Below the pieces are notes generated by a model that saw nothing but the letters and a program-made list of their open reading frames with translations, ran no database searches and was not told the DNA's origin. The translations under genes and the position numbers were made by a program. A stretch of 64,000 bases of DNA from a virus: the IMG/VR virus record IMGVR_UViG_3300045988_051354, positions 35,058 through 99,057 of that record, one strand, 5' to 3'. This document shows positions 20,235 through 30,374 of the stretch, one piece after another. Positions within the stretch are counted from its first letter, which is position 1; every line of letters begins with the position of its first letter.

Positions 20235-20652
20235 TCCAGGAATACTTTAGTACTTCCGATTTGGGCGTCTTATACTTCCCTAAAATATAAGGAATGTCAG
20301 ACTGGATACACTTATGACTAAACGTAGTCTTAGGTATAGGTTTCTTGGTCTTCGGGTTAAGCTTACCTGTAGTAAAATTACCACCCTTTACATAGACTAC
20401 CAAAGTTCCAGGTATGTCTATGATTTTAACCGGCTCAGACCAATTGTAATTAGGAGCAGGAACTCTTCTAAATTTCTTCCACAGCTTACGCTCCTTTGGA
20501 GTTTTAGTCCAAACATTAGGGTCGCGAGGTTTAACACTAGGCTGTCTCAGATGCTCAGCTACTAGGAAAGCATCATCATTCCAGTCTCTAATTCTAAGTC
20601 TCTTAACTCTGTCCTCTGGACTTTCTTTCTCCTTAAAAGTCTTCTTCTCCAT
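20188..20652 (-). CDS. hypothetical highly basic protein
   Basis: 154 aa, Lys/Arg/Pro-rich. Confidence 0.45.
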   Translation of the reverse strand: MEKKTFKEKESPEDRVKRLRIRDWNDDAFLVAEHLRQPSVKPRDPNVWTKTPKERKLWKKFRRVPAPNYNWSEPVKIIDIPGTLVVYVKGGNFTTGKLNPKTKKPIPKTTFSHKCIQSDIPYILGKYKTPKSEVLKYSWNGKTYSPDNLPFWGR

Positions 20653-20846
20653 TTTACTGATAAGATTAAATGTTAATTACTTCGTATGAATAGTACCACA
20701 AGTATTACACTTATAGATACCTTTCTCATAATCATACAGCGTGTGATTAGTAAGTCTACCACACCTAGTACAATTCATAACTTTTACAGATTCATATACT
20801 CTCCTTGACCTTTTCTTGGGAGTCACCCCTACAGTTGAAGTCATAG

Positions 20847-21122
20847 TTAAATACCTTTAGTCAGTTCTTCTAATCTCTGTATTGCTTCTCTATAATCTGC
20901 AATATAAGTTGCCAAAGACATGGATTCTGGATGTTTCATTTCAACACGATAATTGGCAATAATCTTAAGACATGTAAGCAACGGCACCCCATACGCTGCT
21001 ATCTTTAATTCTTGCCGTTCTCCTTCCTTGGATTTGACAGTTCTTAGCACTGACAAATCCCAGAAGTGTGAACTATCACCTACAGATTCCATTCTGAAAT
21101 CAGCTTCTTCTATTACCATCAA
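20847..21122 (-). CDS. hypothetical protein
   Basis: 91 aa. Confidence 0.4.
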   Translation of the reverse strand: MMVIEEADFRMESVGDSSHFWDLSVLRTVKSKEGERQELKIAAYGVPLLTCLKIIANYRVEMKHPESMSLATYIADYREAIQRLEELTKGI

Positions 21123-21144
21123 CTTTGTAATGTTAATTTATAAA

Positions 21145-21360
21145 TTAGTTAATCTCCATTTCCTTGAGTATCTTATGGATTAGCCAAATAAATACAAACG
21201 GTGATATGAATGGACACAGAGACATAGTATAAAACTCATCACTTAGAGATTCATAAAAGGTATCTGGGTCTTCACAGTGACTATTTATTAAGTAATCAGC
21301 CAATGTAGACAATAGGAAAGATACTCCATACATTACCAATGCTATAATTACGACTGTCAT
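21145..21360 (-). CDS. hypothetical small membrane protein
   Basis: 71 aa with two hydrophobic helices. Confidence 0.4.
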   Translation of the reverse strand: MTVVIIALVMYGVSFLLSTLADYLINSHCEDPDTFYESLSDEFYTMSLCPFISPFVFIWLIHKILKEMEIN

Positions 21361-21824
21361 TTCTCTCTGTTTAATATATTACAGAGTCTCTGTAAGTCTG
21401 CTATAATGGGGACTAACGTACCAGCGCCTTTAACAAGGGCTGCTCTCTGGTCGGCTATTTTACTAGCATATTCTAATTTAACTGCATTAACAGAATCATC
21501 ATAACCCTTCTTCATAGAAGCTCTATTAGCTAGAAAGGTCGGAATGGTAATATATAAATGTAATAATGCATCCAGAGTTTTAGTGAGTTCCTTATAAGTC
21601 ATAGCTTTAGTAACTCTGTCATATACAAATATATATGTGTCAACTCCATCTGGTATTATATTTACATATTTATCAGTCTCCGTACCCTTTCTCCCTACAT
21701 GGTCAGAGATTCTTATTACAGGCGGAAATCCTTCAATAGTAAAATATTCTGAGGTTCCTACATAATCAGTAGAAGTAAATCCCTTTCTCCTCAACCATGC
21801 TCTTAGCTTGCTCACCCCTCTCAT
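21357..21824 (-). CDS. hypothetical protein
   Basis: 155 aa. Confidence 0.5.
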   Translation of the reverse strand: MRGVSKLRAWLRRKGFTSTDYVGTSEYFTIEGFPPVIRISDHVGRKGTETDKYVNIIPDGVDTYIFVYDRVTKAMTYKELTKTLDALLHLYITIPTFLANRASMKKGYDDSVNAVKLEYASKIADQRAALVKGAGTLVPIIADLQRLCNILNREK

Positions 21825-22074
21825 CTTGTTTATTATTCTTCAATGTCTTCAGAAATACCTGAGCACCAGTTAATGGACAACAATATAACTTACATTCGTT
21901 GTGCTCACCTCTAAAGTAGCAATGTTTACACGAAGTATTAGAATTAACTGGTTCAGCTATTTCAAAGTAACTACCGTCCACCTCAATGATGTCTCCTGTA
22001 CTTAAAACAGGTGATATATAACCATCAACAAATTTAAATGTAATCATAATTAGATTCAAAAAAATAAGGGTCAA
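21766..22074 (-). CDS. hypothetical Cys-rich protein
   Basis: CKHCYFRGEHNECKLYCCPLTG. Confidence 0.4.
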   Translation of the reverse strand: MTLIFLNLIMITFKFVDGYISPVLSTGDIIEVDGSYFEIAEPVNSNTSCKHCYFRGEHNECKLYCCPLTGAQVFLKTLKNNKQDERGEQAKSMVEEKGIYFY

Positions 22075-22286
22075 ACTCAGACAGCTATATAGGTTAGACC
22101 TTACCTCTGTTAAAGATAAAGCATAATCTAAATAAACTAATCTAAATCTGACCCAATACGGCAGTACAAGTATGCACTACTCGATAAATGCCGCTAATCG
22201 GCTAGGTTTCATCGCACATAATTGCGATAATAGCAATATTTATTACTAGGTGTACTACATATTAGTAGTGGGAAGGAGACTAAACC

Positions 22287-22297
22287 CCCCCCCCTCA
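22287..22297. repeat. C11 homopolymer tract inside a 260-bp intergenic region
   Basis: aaaccccccccccctcat. Very unusual for this AT-rich genome. Confidence 0.8.
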
Positions 22298-22332
22298 TAG
22301 CAATTGGCTGGTAAATACCATGACCTGCTATG

Positions 22333-22686
22333 TTATTCGAAATAATCAGGAAATTTGTTTCGGAAGGAATCATCAATTTTAAGTCCATCCAAATCCTCAC
22401 AAACCGCCAGTTCCTCCAGAAGTGCGTCCTCTGAATCGTCCACTGCACCATTATCGGAGTTAATCAATTCAATAAGAAGGTTTGCTTTCTGGGAAGTTAA
22501 ATCAGTACCAATCCAGCTGACTATAACTTCTACAAAGAAATCATCGAACTCAAGAGAAGTACCTACATCAGAGGCAGCAATCTCATTCTTCTTATCGAAT
22601 AACTCTTTGATAACATCATCACTGATAGGTTCTTTAAATTTATCCCTAAGTACAGTGACCAATTGTGATTGTTCTTTAAAGTTCAT
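22333..22686 (-). CDS. hypothetical acidic protein
   Basis: 117 aa, D/E-rich. Confidence 0.5.
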   Translation of the reverse strand: MNFKEQSQLVTVLRDKFKEPISDDVIKELFDKKNEIAASDVGTSLEFDDFFVEVIVSWIGTDLTSQKANLLIELINSDNGAVDDSEDALLEELAVCEDLDGLKIDDSFRNKFPDYFE

Positions 22687-22857
22687 ATGCGTATATGATA
22701 ATTACAAATGCTAGCAACAGCTAACACGCACTTCGTAAGAAGTTATTACTAATACGTAATGATATAATTCAATAGTATTGAATTTCACGGCATTCGTAAT
22801 GCCTAAAGTAGATATATCCTCTCATATACATCCACTAGTTATATTAGAATAAAGAAT

Positions 22858-23181
22858 TTACCTCTTCCAGGATATAAACAAGTAATTACCTACCAATCCG
22901 GGATAACCTTCCTTATTAATTACTTTTACAAAGAATTGCTTCTCTTCGTAATATTTAAGAATGTCATCAATAGATTTTAGTTCGTCATCATTTAAATCCA
23001 TTACTAGACTAAAGTAATTATTCTCACTTTTAGCCTTAATAAAGCTGTCAGTAGTACTAATGAACCTCTTAAGTATAATTTCTTGAGTTACTACTTCATT
23101 GTACGTTGCAACCGAATATGCTTCCTCCGCATTCATTGAACTTCCTTCTAACAGTTTGCTGAAATCAAATAACTTTCTCAT
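22858..23181 (-). CDS. hypothetical protein
   Basis: 107 aa. Confidence 0.45.
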   Translation of the reverse strand: MRKLFDFSKLLEGSSMNAEEAYSVATYNEVVTQEIILKRFISTTDSFIKAKSENNYFSLVMDLNDDELKSIDDILKYYEEKQFFVKVINKEGYPGLVGNYLFISWKR

Positions 23182-23209
23182 AATCTAATTAATTTAAGCC
23201 TCCTTTTAG

Positions 23210-23283
23210 TGACTTGAGTGGGACTCTAACCCACAACCTGCTCCTTAGGACGGAGATGCTCTATACTATTGAGCTATCAAGCC
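23210..23283 (-). tRNA. tRNA-Arg(CCU)
   Basis: Acceptor GGCTTGA/TCAAGTC. D-arm GCTC/GAGC. Anticodon loop GTCCTAA. Divergent T-loop TTAGAGT between GTGGG/CCCAC. Confidence 0.6.
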
Positions 23284-23290
23284 TTGACGG

Positions 23291-23640
23291 TTACATACTA
23301 ATAGATCCGGTATGTTTACCTCTTACTTTAACAGAGTTAGCAGTAATATCTCCCTCTACATCACCACCTACTTCGATGCTGTTAGCTTCTATACTACCTC
23401 CTACATTACCTTTAACTTTGACACTATTACCATGTACAGTAAGAGCGTTTCCATCAATGTCACATGTGTTACAGTTAAGCTCCTTTACATTACCAGTAAA
23501 ACTGATATGTACACTATCATTATTGACTTCGGATATTAATTTACCATTCACATAAATTCTATTCTTTATTTGTGACATGGTAATATCATCTTCATCAATA
23601 TCAAACGATTCATTGTCAATAAACAGTTTATTCATGATTC
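23291..23640 (-). CDS. Bactofilin-like repeat protein (probable start at internal Met, MNKLFIDNES...)
   Basis: C-terminal repeats GNSVKVKGNVGGSIEANSIEVGGDVEGDITANSVKV resemble the bactofilin (DUF583) beta-helix. The tracked ORF 23291..23758 is probably over-extended at its 5' end. Confidence 0.4.
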
Positions 23641-23936
23641 TTCTTATCCAGTTCATAATACTTAATAAGTTTATCAAATGCTTTAACTCTAGCATTATGT
23701 CCTTCCTCACTATCAGGGGTCCACCAATAAGCTTTACCATACCTATCTTTAGGAGCATTTAGAAACTTCCTGTTAAATTCTGGAATCATGGTAATTATAT
23801 CACGTTGGCTATAAATAGTGATTCCACGTTCGGTTCCTGCCATAGCGTGTTCTATACAGAAACACATTCCCCAGTATTCAGGGTGGGTTACAAATAATTC
23901 TTTAGCTTTTTTAAGAACACTTACAACATCTGTCAT
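23628..23936 (-). CDS. hypothetical protein
   Basis: 102 aa. Confidence 0.45.
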   Translation of the reverse strand: MTDVVSVLKKAKELFVTHPEYWGMCFCIEHAMAGTERGITIYSQRDIITMIPEFNRKFLNAPKDRYGKAYWWTPDSEEGHNARVKAFDKLIKYYELDKKNHE

Positions 23937-24110
23937 TTCACTTTAGATTTAGTTAGTTGGCCAATCATTTGATTTCTAAAGCCCTCAACTTGATGGGGAC
24001 ATATATTAGTAATCCATTCTTTAAAATATCTATGATATTTAGTGTGATTACTTTTATAGAACTCTCTTTCCAACCAGTTATACAATTCTCTTTCCATGTT
24101 TATTAAATTA

Positions 24111-24183
24111 GTAGTCTTATTCAGAATCGAACTGAAACCTCCATATCCGTAGTATGGTATTCTATCCGTTAAACTATAAGACT
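24111..24183 (-). tRNA. tRNA-Arg(ACG)
   Basis: Acceptor AGTCTTA/TAAGACT. Anticodon stem CCATA/TATGG with loop CTACGGA. T-arm TTCAG-TTCGATT-CTGAA. The D-arm is weak. Confidence 0.55.
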
Positions 24184-24415
24184 AAAGAATAGAGGGTGTG
24201 CTGTTACGCCAAATGCTCTGACTGAGTTTCACTCTTATCTCGTTTACCTTCCTCCGTCTATATAGGCAGTTTCAACATGAGTATTCTAAACGACATTATT
24301 ACATTCTTGATTCGAGGCTATCAGTAAGGATGCTGCCTAATTATACTTCAATAGAAACCTACTCGCAACTCTTTAAATGATGGCCGCTTTTAAGCCTACA
24401 TCCCCTCTATTATAA

Positions 24416-24676
24416 TTATTCTATACCATAGTACATTAAGTACAATACTTGCTGCCTTAAACCGTATCTACGTGTAACAACATTGGCATTAAACCTTCCA
24501 GTTATGGCTGCATTAATGCTTCTTTTCAATTTGTCGGCAGTAAATGATTTACCAGTAGTACCAATTAATCCATTAGGTTCATCAGCGCAAATAAAATCTA
24601 CAGCTTCAAATAACTGTTCTTTGGTCTCTGCACTGTTTACCTTTTGCCACTTCTCTAATTCTCTCTCAGAATTCAT
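24416..24676 (-). CDS. hypothetical protein
   Basis: 86 aa. Confidence 0.4.
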   Translation of the reverse strand: MNSERELEKWQKVNSAETKEQLFEAVDFICADEPNGLIGTTGKSFTADKLKRSINAAITGRFNANVVTRRYGLRQQVLYLMYYGIE

Positions 24677-24679
24677 AAC

Positions 24680-25054
24680 TTAAGACAATGCTTCAAGCTC
24701 TTTAGCCAATTCTTCATAAGATTTACTCTCAAGCTCTGCATCCTGTTTCTTAGCCATGAGATCAAGAATCTTTTGACGCTTAGCTTTCTTCTCAGCAGCT
24801 ACAATGCGTTCTTCCTGTTCCTGTAACTTAACGTCAATAATGTGTTTTACAATATTGAATTTCAGTTCAAGTTCAGTGGCGTCTTTAGTACGAGTCTTAA
24901 TGAAACTTTCGGTTTGTGATTCCTTTAGCCTCTTATTAAGATTAATAGCAATAGGATCAAGTTGTTCCAGAGATAAATCCCACAAATCTTCAACAGATAA
25001 TACTCCACGGTTAGTGGAATAACGTAATTTTACCCTTGATGCTTTCTCAAACAT
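24680..25054 (-). CDS. hypothetical coiled-coil protein
   Basis: 124 aa. Confidence 0.45.
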   Translation of the reverse strand: MFEKASRVKLRYSTNRGVLSVEDLWDLSLEQLDPIAINLNKRLKESQTESFIKTRTKDATELELKFNIVKHIIDVKLQEQEERIVAAEKKAKRQKILDLMAKKQDAELESKSYEELAKELEALS

Positions 25055-25065
25055 AACATTTTCAT

Positions 25066-27078
25066 TTAAAAGTTAACTTTAATGGTTCTTGTAAAGCTGC
25101 CAGTAACTTTACAGATAACACTATTGCGGATGGTAGATGAGAATCCTAAACCACTCAACTGATTATCAGAATAAGGAGCCTTCATCTTATTAGCTAACAT
25201 CTCAAACGTCTTACGATCCTGAGATAGTTCACTCCTAAGATATTCGTTAAAGAATCCTCTTACTGGAGATGGATTCTTGCACCCATCTAAGATAAAGAAA
25301 TAGTGTTTATTGCCTACTTCTGCACCGTTCCAATAATTTGGAGACAGAGTGAGTAACGATACCTTATGGAATTTGTTAGTAGACAAGTTCCACGTCTCTT
25401 TATCACTTGAATTACTCGGAAGGACATCATGTATGACAATTCCCTTGGCCTTAGAATACTCAAATCTGGCTACTGTCACTTTATCACGACCTCGAAGATC
25501 TGTTGTGTAGGTATACTCACGTACTTCTCCGTTACATTCAATTTCAACAGTAAATCCAACATCGTGATAATCTCTTTTGCAGAAATTGTGTACATATACG
25601 GTATACATACCTTCCATACGCGGTTCATCCTCCCAGATAACGTTCTCTACTGGTTTACGAGAATGTATACCACCAGCATTCATGTCAACATCTAGCACCC
25701 CACCAGAAGTTCCAGTTCTATGTGAATAATAGATTTCATTATCACGTGGTTGTATGATATGGATGTCTAAATCATCACCATTATACCATGCAAGAGAACA
25801 CCTTAGATATCCATTCACCTTACCTCCAGCAGCCTGCACCTTATCCTTAATAGAAGAATCTGCAAGGTCTCCATTGTATGTCCAAGCGAAATTGTTTGGC
25901 CATTTAAATAGATTCTTTGCATCTTTATTAGATGGAGCTGTTAGAGTCATAAGGTTGTTTATATGTCTACTTTCTAATAGAACTTCTATACTGGTAGCAT
26001 TGGGAACAACATCCTTAATAAAGTCCTCAATTGATATTTCAGCAACAGTACCTAATTTCTTAGGATTAACTGGAATATCTTCCGCTAAATCTTGGAATAC
26101 ACTATTCCCAAGCATTGACTTCTTAGCATTTCTATCAGCAAAGATTACATCATTAACTGTAATGTCAGTAATTTCTGCATGTCGCCTTGGAAGTGCATCC
26201 ATTAGCCCTAGTTCAATAACCCTAGCTTCAGCAGCTTGAATCATCTTCTTAGTAGCTATTGTCTTAGGTCTTTGATAATTAGCAGGAGCTACTATTCTCT
26301 CGTAAGCTCTTACACTTTCATCAAGTTCACGTCCATTGGAGATGTCTACAAGCAAAGTGCCTATAGCAGTATTCCTAATACGTCCTACATATCCAACTTT
26401 AGCAGATTCAACCCAGCAGAAATTATCACGTTCCTCACGGGGTACTACTTCATATTTCTTCTTAAGTGCAACAAATGCCTCTAGATCGGATTTGTACTGG
26501 TCTCCACGATACAAAGAACCTTGTGAAATCAAATCCAGAACAATGTCAAAAGCATCCATGGATAACTCATCCAAAGCTCGCTTCAATACTGTTTTATTGG
26601 TACGAAGTGCTCCTCTTACTGCTTCTTCAGAATCAGATACTGCACAAAGTAAATGATTAGGAAGCTTGTAAAATAAATGATTCCATGTATGTACGTGTCT
26701 CGTAGGAGTTTCTATCCACACATTGTTCTTATCTGTACCCAGTTTAACCACCTTACTAACAAATACGTCACATACTGGTTTAGATTTAACAAGTTGGGCT
26801 AAGTTTCTGGCTACTGTAGCATAAGGTTCATCTAACACTAAGGAATCCCAAATACTTACTAACTTGTTATTAACTATTGCAACTACATTGCCATAAGGTT
26901 TGATAAATTGACGACAGCAATTACATGTATGTGATTGTCTCTCGTCTTCTGGATAAGAATCTATGTAACAATCCCACAGCTCATCCTTATTAACATTAGT
27001 TAAATACAATCTATCAGCATTATTAGCTAAGGCATCAAATTGCTTATAAACTGCTCGTTTAAAATCAATAAATTCCAC
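25066..27078 (-). CDS. hypothetical large protein (670 aa)
   Basis: Long uninterrupted ORF. No family recognised by eye. Confidence 0.6.
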   Translation of the reverse strand: MEFIDFKRAVYKQFDALANNADRLYLTNVNKDELWDCYIDSYPEDERQSHTCNCCRQFIKPYGNVVAIVNNKLVSIWDSLVLDEPYATVARNLAQLVKSKPVCDVFVSKVVKLGTDKNNVWIETPTRHVHTWNHLFYKLPNHLLCAVSDSEEAVRGALRTNKTVLKRALDELSMDAFDIVLDLISQGSLYRGDQYKSDLEAFVALKKKYEVVPREERDNFCWVESAKVGYVGRIRNTAIGTLLVDISNGRELDESVRAYERIVAPANYQRPKTIATKKMIQAAEARVIELGLMDALPRRHAEITDITVNDVIFADRNAKKSMLGNSVFQDLAEDIPVNPKKLGTVAEISIEDFIKDVVPNATSIEVLLESRHINNLMTLTAPSNKDAKNLFKWPNNFAWTYNGDLADSSIKDKVQAAGGKVNGYLRCSLAWYNGDDLDIHIIQPRDNEIYYSHRTGTSGGVLDVDMNAGGIHSRKPVENVIWEDEPRMEGMYTVYVHNFCKRDYHDVGFTVEIECNGEVREYTYTTDLRGRDKVTVARFEYSKAKGIVIHDVLPSNSSDKETWNLSTNKFHKVSLLTLSPNYWNGAEVGNKHYFFILDGCKNPSPVRGFFNEYLRSELSQDRKTFEMLANKMKAPYSDNQLSGLGFSSTIRNSVICKVTGSFTRTIKVNF

Positions 27079-27090
27079 GATAATTAAATT

Positions 27091-27912
27091 TTATAAAGGT
27101 TTTACATTATCAAAGATAGCATCACTGGCTTCTTCTCCCCATTTAGAATAGATAACAACACCTATTGGGGTCACTTGGAATACAAACGGATCAATACTTC
27201 GTGGTATTACTCTTATCTCAGTTTCAGTAAAAGATACCAGTTGTTGCATATCGTCTACTGGTGCAGCTATAAATAAGTCTGTAGATTTACAGGCAGTATG
27301 AGACATAGTTACTCCCTCAGTTCTTCCATTCCAATACTTGGCAAATGGATACGCTAGAAGTTCTTTCTTGTGGTATTGTAAGAATGTTAGACCTTTGGAA
27401 ACAGGCTCTTCATGATAAAAGTTATAGCGAGAGTATGGATTTGGGGTACTAATCCTTCTGACATTGACTTCTACGTTAGTAATAAGAGCATTATTACGAT
27501 TAGAGTATTTATTATCCGTTAACGAGTCTAGTGTAGTCTTAGTAGCCAAGATTTCATCCAGATTATCTTCTGGTATATCACCTTTATAATACGATAGTGG
27601 CCCGGATACCAATCCATACTTAACATTCAGATTAATAAAATCTTCCTCTTTGAGTATAATGCATCCAGGGAAGTTCTGCGAGAAGAAGTTATAGCATTTA
27701 AAAGTCTCTAAGTTATTCATATACTTCTCAGCATCTGTAATAACTGAAGAGTGATCAAATCCTAGTAACTTAGCTTTCTCAGCTTTCTCAATTGCAACAT
27801 GATTCATCTCTAAGCTTCTGGTTTGTTGCAACCAGTTTAAGCTGGCTAATATATAAGCTTGATGAATCTCTAGAGCTCCTATTTGGGGTCTAGTACCAAT
27901 TTGTGTGTCCAT
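27091..27912 (-). CDS. hypothetical protein, paralogue of ORF 31571..32374
   Basis: Shares KYGLVSGPLSYYKGDIPEDNLDEI, ..IAAPVDDM.. and C-terminus ...GEEASDAIFDNVKPL with ORF 31571 (KYNLACGPISTYKGVIPEENIEAI, IAAPYDTM, ...DTEATDSIFDKYR). Confidence 0.55.
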   Translation of the reverse strand: MDTQIGTRPQIGALEIHQAYILASLNWLQQTRSLEMNHVAIEKAEKAKLLGFDHSSVITDAEKYMNNLETFKCYNFFSQNFPGCIILKEEDFINLNVKYGLVSGPLSYYKGDIPEDNLDEILATKTTLDSLTDNKYSNRNNALITNVEVNVRRISTPNPYSRYNFYHEEPVSKGLTFLQYHKKELLAYPFAKYWNGRTEGVTMSHTACKSTDLFIAAPVDDMQQLVSFTETEIRVIPRSIDPFVFQVTPIGVVIYSKWGEEASDAIFDNVKPL

Positions 27913-28002
27913 AATCTTTATGCTTTCTTTTTAATAGAACCTGGTCTTGTAGTAGCCCTTTTGAATGTATCAGACTGCTTATCCCACCATGCTTGACGGT
28001 CT

Positions 28003-28464
28003 CTAAGACGTTGTTGTTTCTTCTTGTATTTCATACATATTTAAGTTTAATTCATTGCTAGCATTATAAGCAAGCTTATCAGCTTTCTCATTATACTCAG
28101 AACCATTATGTCCTTTGACCCATCTCACGTCTATAAGCTTATGACGTTCAATAGCCCTATCAAGTCTAGCCCATAAGTCAGTATTAGCTTTCCTTTTCCA
28201 GTTCTTAGTAAGAGTACCTACTATATACATGGAATCAGTAACTATAATGACTTCTGAGCTAGTTTTAATGGATTCTAATGCGACTATAACTGCCATTAGT
28301 TCCATTCTTTGATTAGTACTATTTACATACATTTTACTGTAGGAGAATACTTCCTTTCCATCTTCCACGATAACGAATCCTATTCCACCTTGATTTCTAG
28401 CAGGAGAGTATGCTCCATCAGTAAATATTGTATACTTATGCATCAGCTGTAGGATCTTCAACAA
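28003..28464 (-). CDS. rnhA: Ribonuclease H (RNase HI)
   Basis: IFTDGAYS...GGIGFVI...NQRMELMAVIVALE...IIVTDSMYIV...KGHNG..NEKADKLA carries the RNase H catalytic motifs. Confidence 0.75.
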   Translation of the reverse strand: MLKILQLMHKYTIFTDGAYSPARNQGGIGFVIVEDGKEVFSYSKMYVNSTNQRMELMAVIVALESIKTSSEVIIVTDSMYIVGTLTKNWKRKANTDLWARLDRAIERHKLIDVRWVKGHNGSEYNEKADKLAYNASNELNLNMYEIQEETTTS

Positions 28465-29014
28465 AATCTTCGTCGGAATCTGTTTCAGCTTCTGTTGCTT
28501 TGTGAAGTAAATGTAATGTCCACATTCCTAATACGAATGCAACATACAGTTCATCCTCAGGCTCTTCATATGTAAGCTGATCTAATACAGCATTACATAC
28601 TTCCATCAATGAGAAATCATCCTTAGACATTTCTTCATCAGATATCTTAGTCATATCATTTACATAAGGTCTAACTTTCTGTATAGCCATATCAAATGAC
28701 TTAGATAGTCGCAAACCCTTATCACCAGCATCTATAGCTGCATGAAGAGGTTCTTGTAACTCATCTCTAAGATATCCTAATGCAAAGGCTCTAGTTATGT
28801 CTCCTTTAGCTAAATCTAAGAAAGACTCAGCATTAAGAAACTCGTCTAATTCAAATTCGATGTCTTTAATGTCTATTAATTTACCCATTTGATTATTGAA
28901 GTAAACTTCCAATCTTATCGGCCATGGAAGTTGCTTTATTAGAGACTTCGCTAAGATTAGCTGTCTCAGTTTGTAATAAAATAATCTCTTGTTCTTTAGC
29001 TGCTTTCTCATCAT
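28436..29014 (-). CDS. hypothetical protein
   Basis: 192 aa. Confidence 0.45.
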   Translation of the reverse strand: MMRKQLKNKRLFYYKLRQLILAKSLIKQLPWPIRLEVYFNNQMGKLIDIKDIEFELDEFLNAESFLDLAKGDITRAFALGYLRDELQEPLHAAIDAGDKGLRLSKSFDMAIQKVRPYVNDMTKISDEEMSKDDFSLMEVCNAVLDQLTYEEPEDELYVAFVLGMWTLHLLHKATEAETDSDEDFVEDPTADA

Positions 29015-29135
29015 CTGCTCTTTTAGCTACATCACGTAACTTATTAACAGTAGACTGAAATGCATCAATAATCTTGGAGGATTCTTCTGCCAGAGAAGAA
29101 CTAGTAATCTTATTTACTTTCTTACCTATTATCAT
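28893..29135 (-). CDS. hypothetical small coiled-coil protein
   Basis: 80 aa. Overlaps the previous ORF in another frame. Confidence 0.3.
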   Translation of the reverse strand: MIIGKKVNKITSSSLAEESSKIIDAFQSTVNKLRDVAKRADDEKAAKEQEIILLQTETANLSEVSNKATSMADKIGSLLQ

Positions 29136-29166
29136 AAGAGTTATTTAGTTACAAGACTTAAGGGAT

Positions 29167-29238
29167 GTCGCCATCAGAGGATTCGAACCCCCTGCCACTA
29201 CGCGTACTGTGGACCCGATCAAAACGATTGTTAATGGC
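29167..29238 (-). tRNA. tRNA-like element with a good acceptor stem and T-arm but a non-canonical anticodon arm (possible pseudo-tRNA)
   Basis: Acceptor CGCCATT/GATGGCG. T-arm GGGGG-TTCGAAT-CCTCT. The middle (CCAC-AGTACGCGTA-GTGG) does not form a 5-bp/7-nt anticodon arm. Confidence 0.35.
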
Positions 29239-29552
29239 GTTGGAGCAGTGATTAAGACTTATGTCCCTAAAGAGGTATGCTGCAACCACCCCACTCCTTG
29301 TACTTCGGAGCACATCTTATTCCATATGCTAGACTCTGCTTTAGTCTTCATCGCCAGAGTTAATTATAATCCAGTCTCTAGCCTGGTTTCATTTTCACTT
29401 GCTTAAACTTACCACACTTAGTGCATACCAAAAGGTATACATGGGAATAAGGAATTTCTTCATCATTCATGTATACATTCATGTGCTTTAATTCCTTCCA
29501 ATTATGCCGACACGTTAGTTTCAGTATCCAATTCTTTAATAGCTCTTTCATA

Positions 29553-29837
29553 TTACAATATTTTAGTCACTTTGCCAAACACGGATTTAGTCCATCCATT
29601 AATCTTACCATGATTGTTGCCTATAAGGACTCCTCTATCTCCCTTAGCTTTGACTAAGTGAGTATAGTATCTACCTTTGACTTTACAAAAGACAATATCT
29701 CCCACTTCTACTTTATCTAGGGTTACTGGACTTAAGACATGCTTTTGTCCCGATTTGATTAGAGGAGTCATGGAATTTCCCTTCTCTGAAGTTACGAAGG
29801 AGTTTCCTTCTGCCAACATCTTTACCTTGTATAGCAT
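29553..29837 (-). CDS. S24/S26-like peptidase-domain small protein (LexA/UmuD/signal-peptidase fold)
   Basis: GNSMTPLI resembles GDSMxP. A VGDIV...G..V..K..GDRGVLIGNNHG beta-barrel pattern follows. Weak. Confidence 0.35.
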   Translation of the reverse strand: MLYKVKMLAEGNSFVTSEKGNSMTPLIKSGQKHVLSPVTLDKVEVGDIVFCKVKGRYYTHLVKAKGDRGVLIGNNHGKINGWTKSVFGKVTKIL

Positions 29838-30210
29838 TAGCCATTAATTGCATTTCGTAAATAAAGTTTAATCTCTGTTCCATTCTAGAACCGTTAGTTA
29901 TTCTCTCAAACATAGATAAATGTCCTCCATTGCCACATAAACAATATTCCATTAAAGTGTCATATCGTTGTTTCTTAGCCTCTAGCTCGGCTTCTGGAAT
30001 GGGATATCTCTTAAGTTCAAGACCTCTATATAAATCAACAAGTTCGCCCAATGTAGATGACAGTTTTAATAATGCCATTACATTGGGCGCACGATGCCTT
30101 TCACATTTATTGACGTATTCCTCTAAAGCTAAATCCCAGTCACCGAATACATATTTGACTTGTGACAATTCAATTTCAGTAACCTTTCTTAGAAATTCAT
30201 AAATCTTCAT
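29713..30210 (-). CDS. hypothetical protein
   Basis: 165 aa. Confidence 0.45.
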   Translation of the reverse strand: MKIYEFLRKVTEIELSQVKYVFGDWDLALEEYVNKCERHRAPNVMALLKLSSTLGELVDLYRGLELKRYPIPEAELEAKKQRYDTLMEYCLCGNGGHLSMFERITNGSRMEQRLNFIYEMQLMANAIQGKDVGRRKLLRNFREGKFHDSSNQIGTKACLKSSNPR

Positions 30211-30374
30211 TATTAACTGCTTTAGACGTTACTACCTTATTTTCAGTCCTTTCTTTAGTCTTGATAGCAGACTTACAAGCCTTCTTTCTCATTACTAACG
30301 GACAATCACAATACCCTGCTGGATTATACCAACAACAATAATCACACTGATGCATACAACATAATTTTAATTGT

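Noticed and set aside
29209-29406. Plus-strand ORF 29209..29406 and similar short plus-strand ORFs (1161..1364, 1380..1607, 2916..3146, 13083..13364, 15018..15506, 22355..22714, 40457..41134, 41085..41671, 52076..52738, 62957..63413 and others)
   Set aside because: All lie antisense inside longer, motif-supported minus-strand genes or inside tRNA/ncRNA regions. The whole window is transcribed from the minus strand.
29136-29552. tmRNA in the 417-bp ORF-free region containing the tRNA-like element
   Set aside because: The acceptor-complementary 5' strand lies only 72 nt from the 3' end. No second complementary site at tmRNA distance and no tag-ORF with AA-stop was seen.
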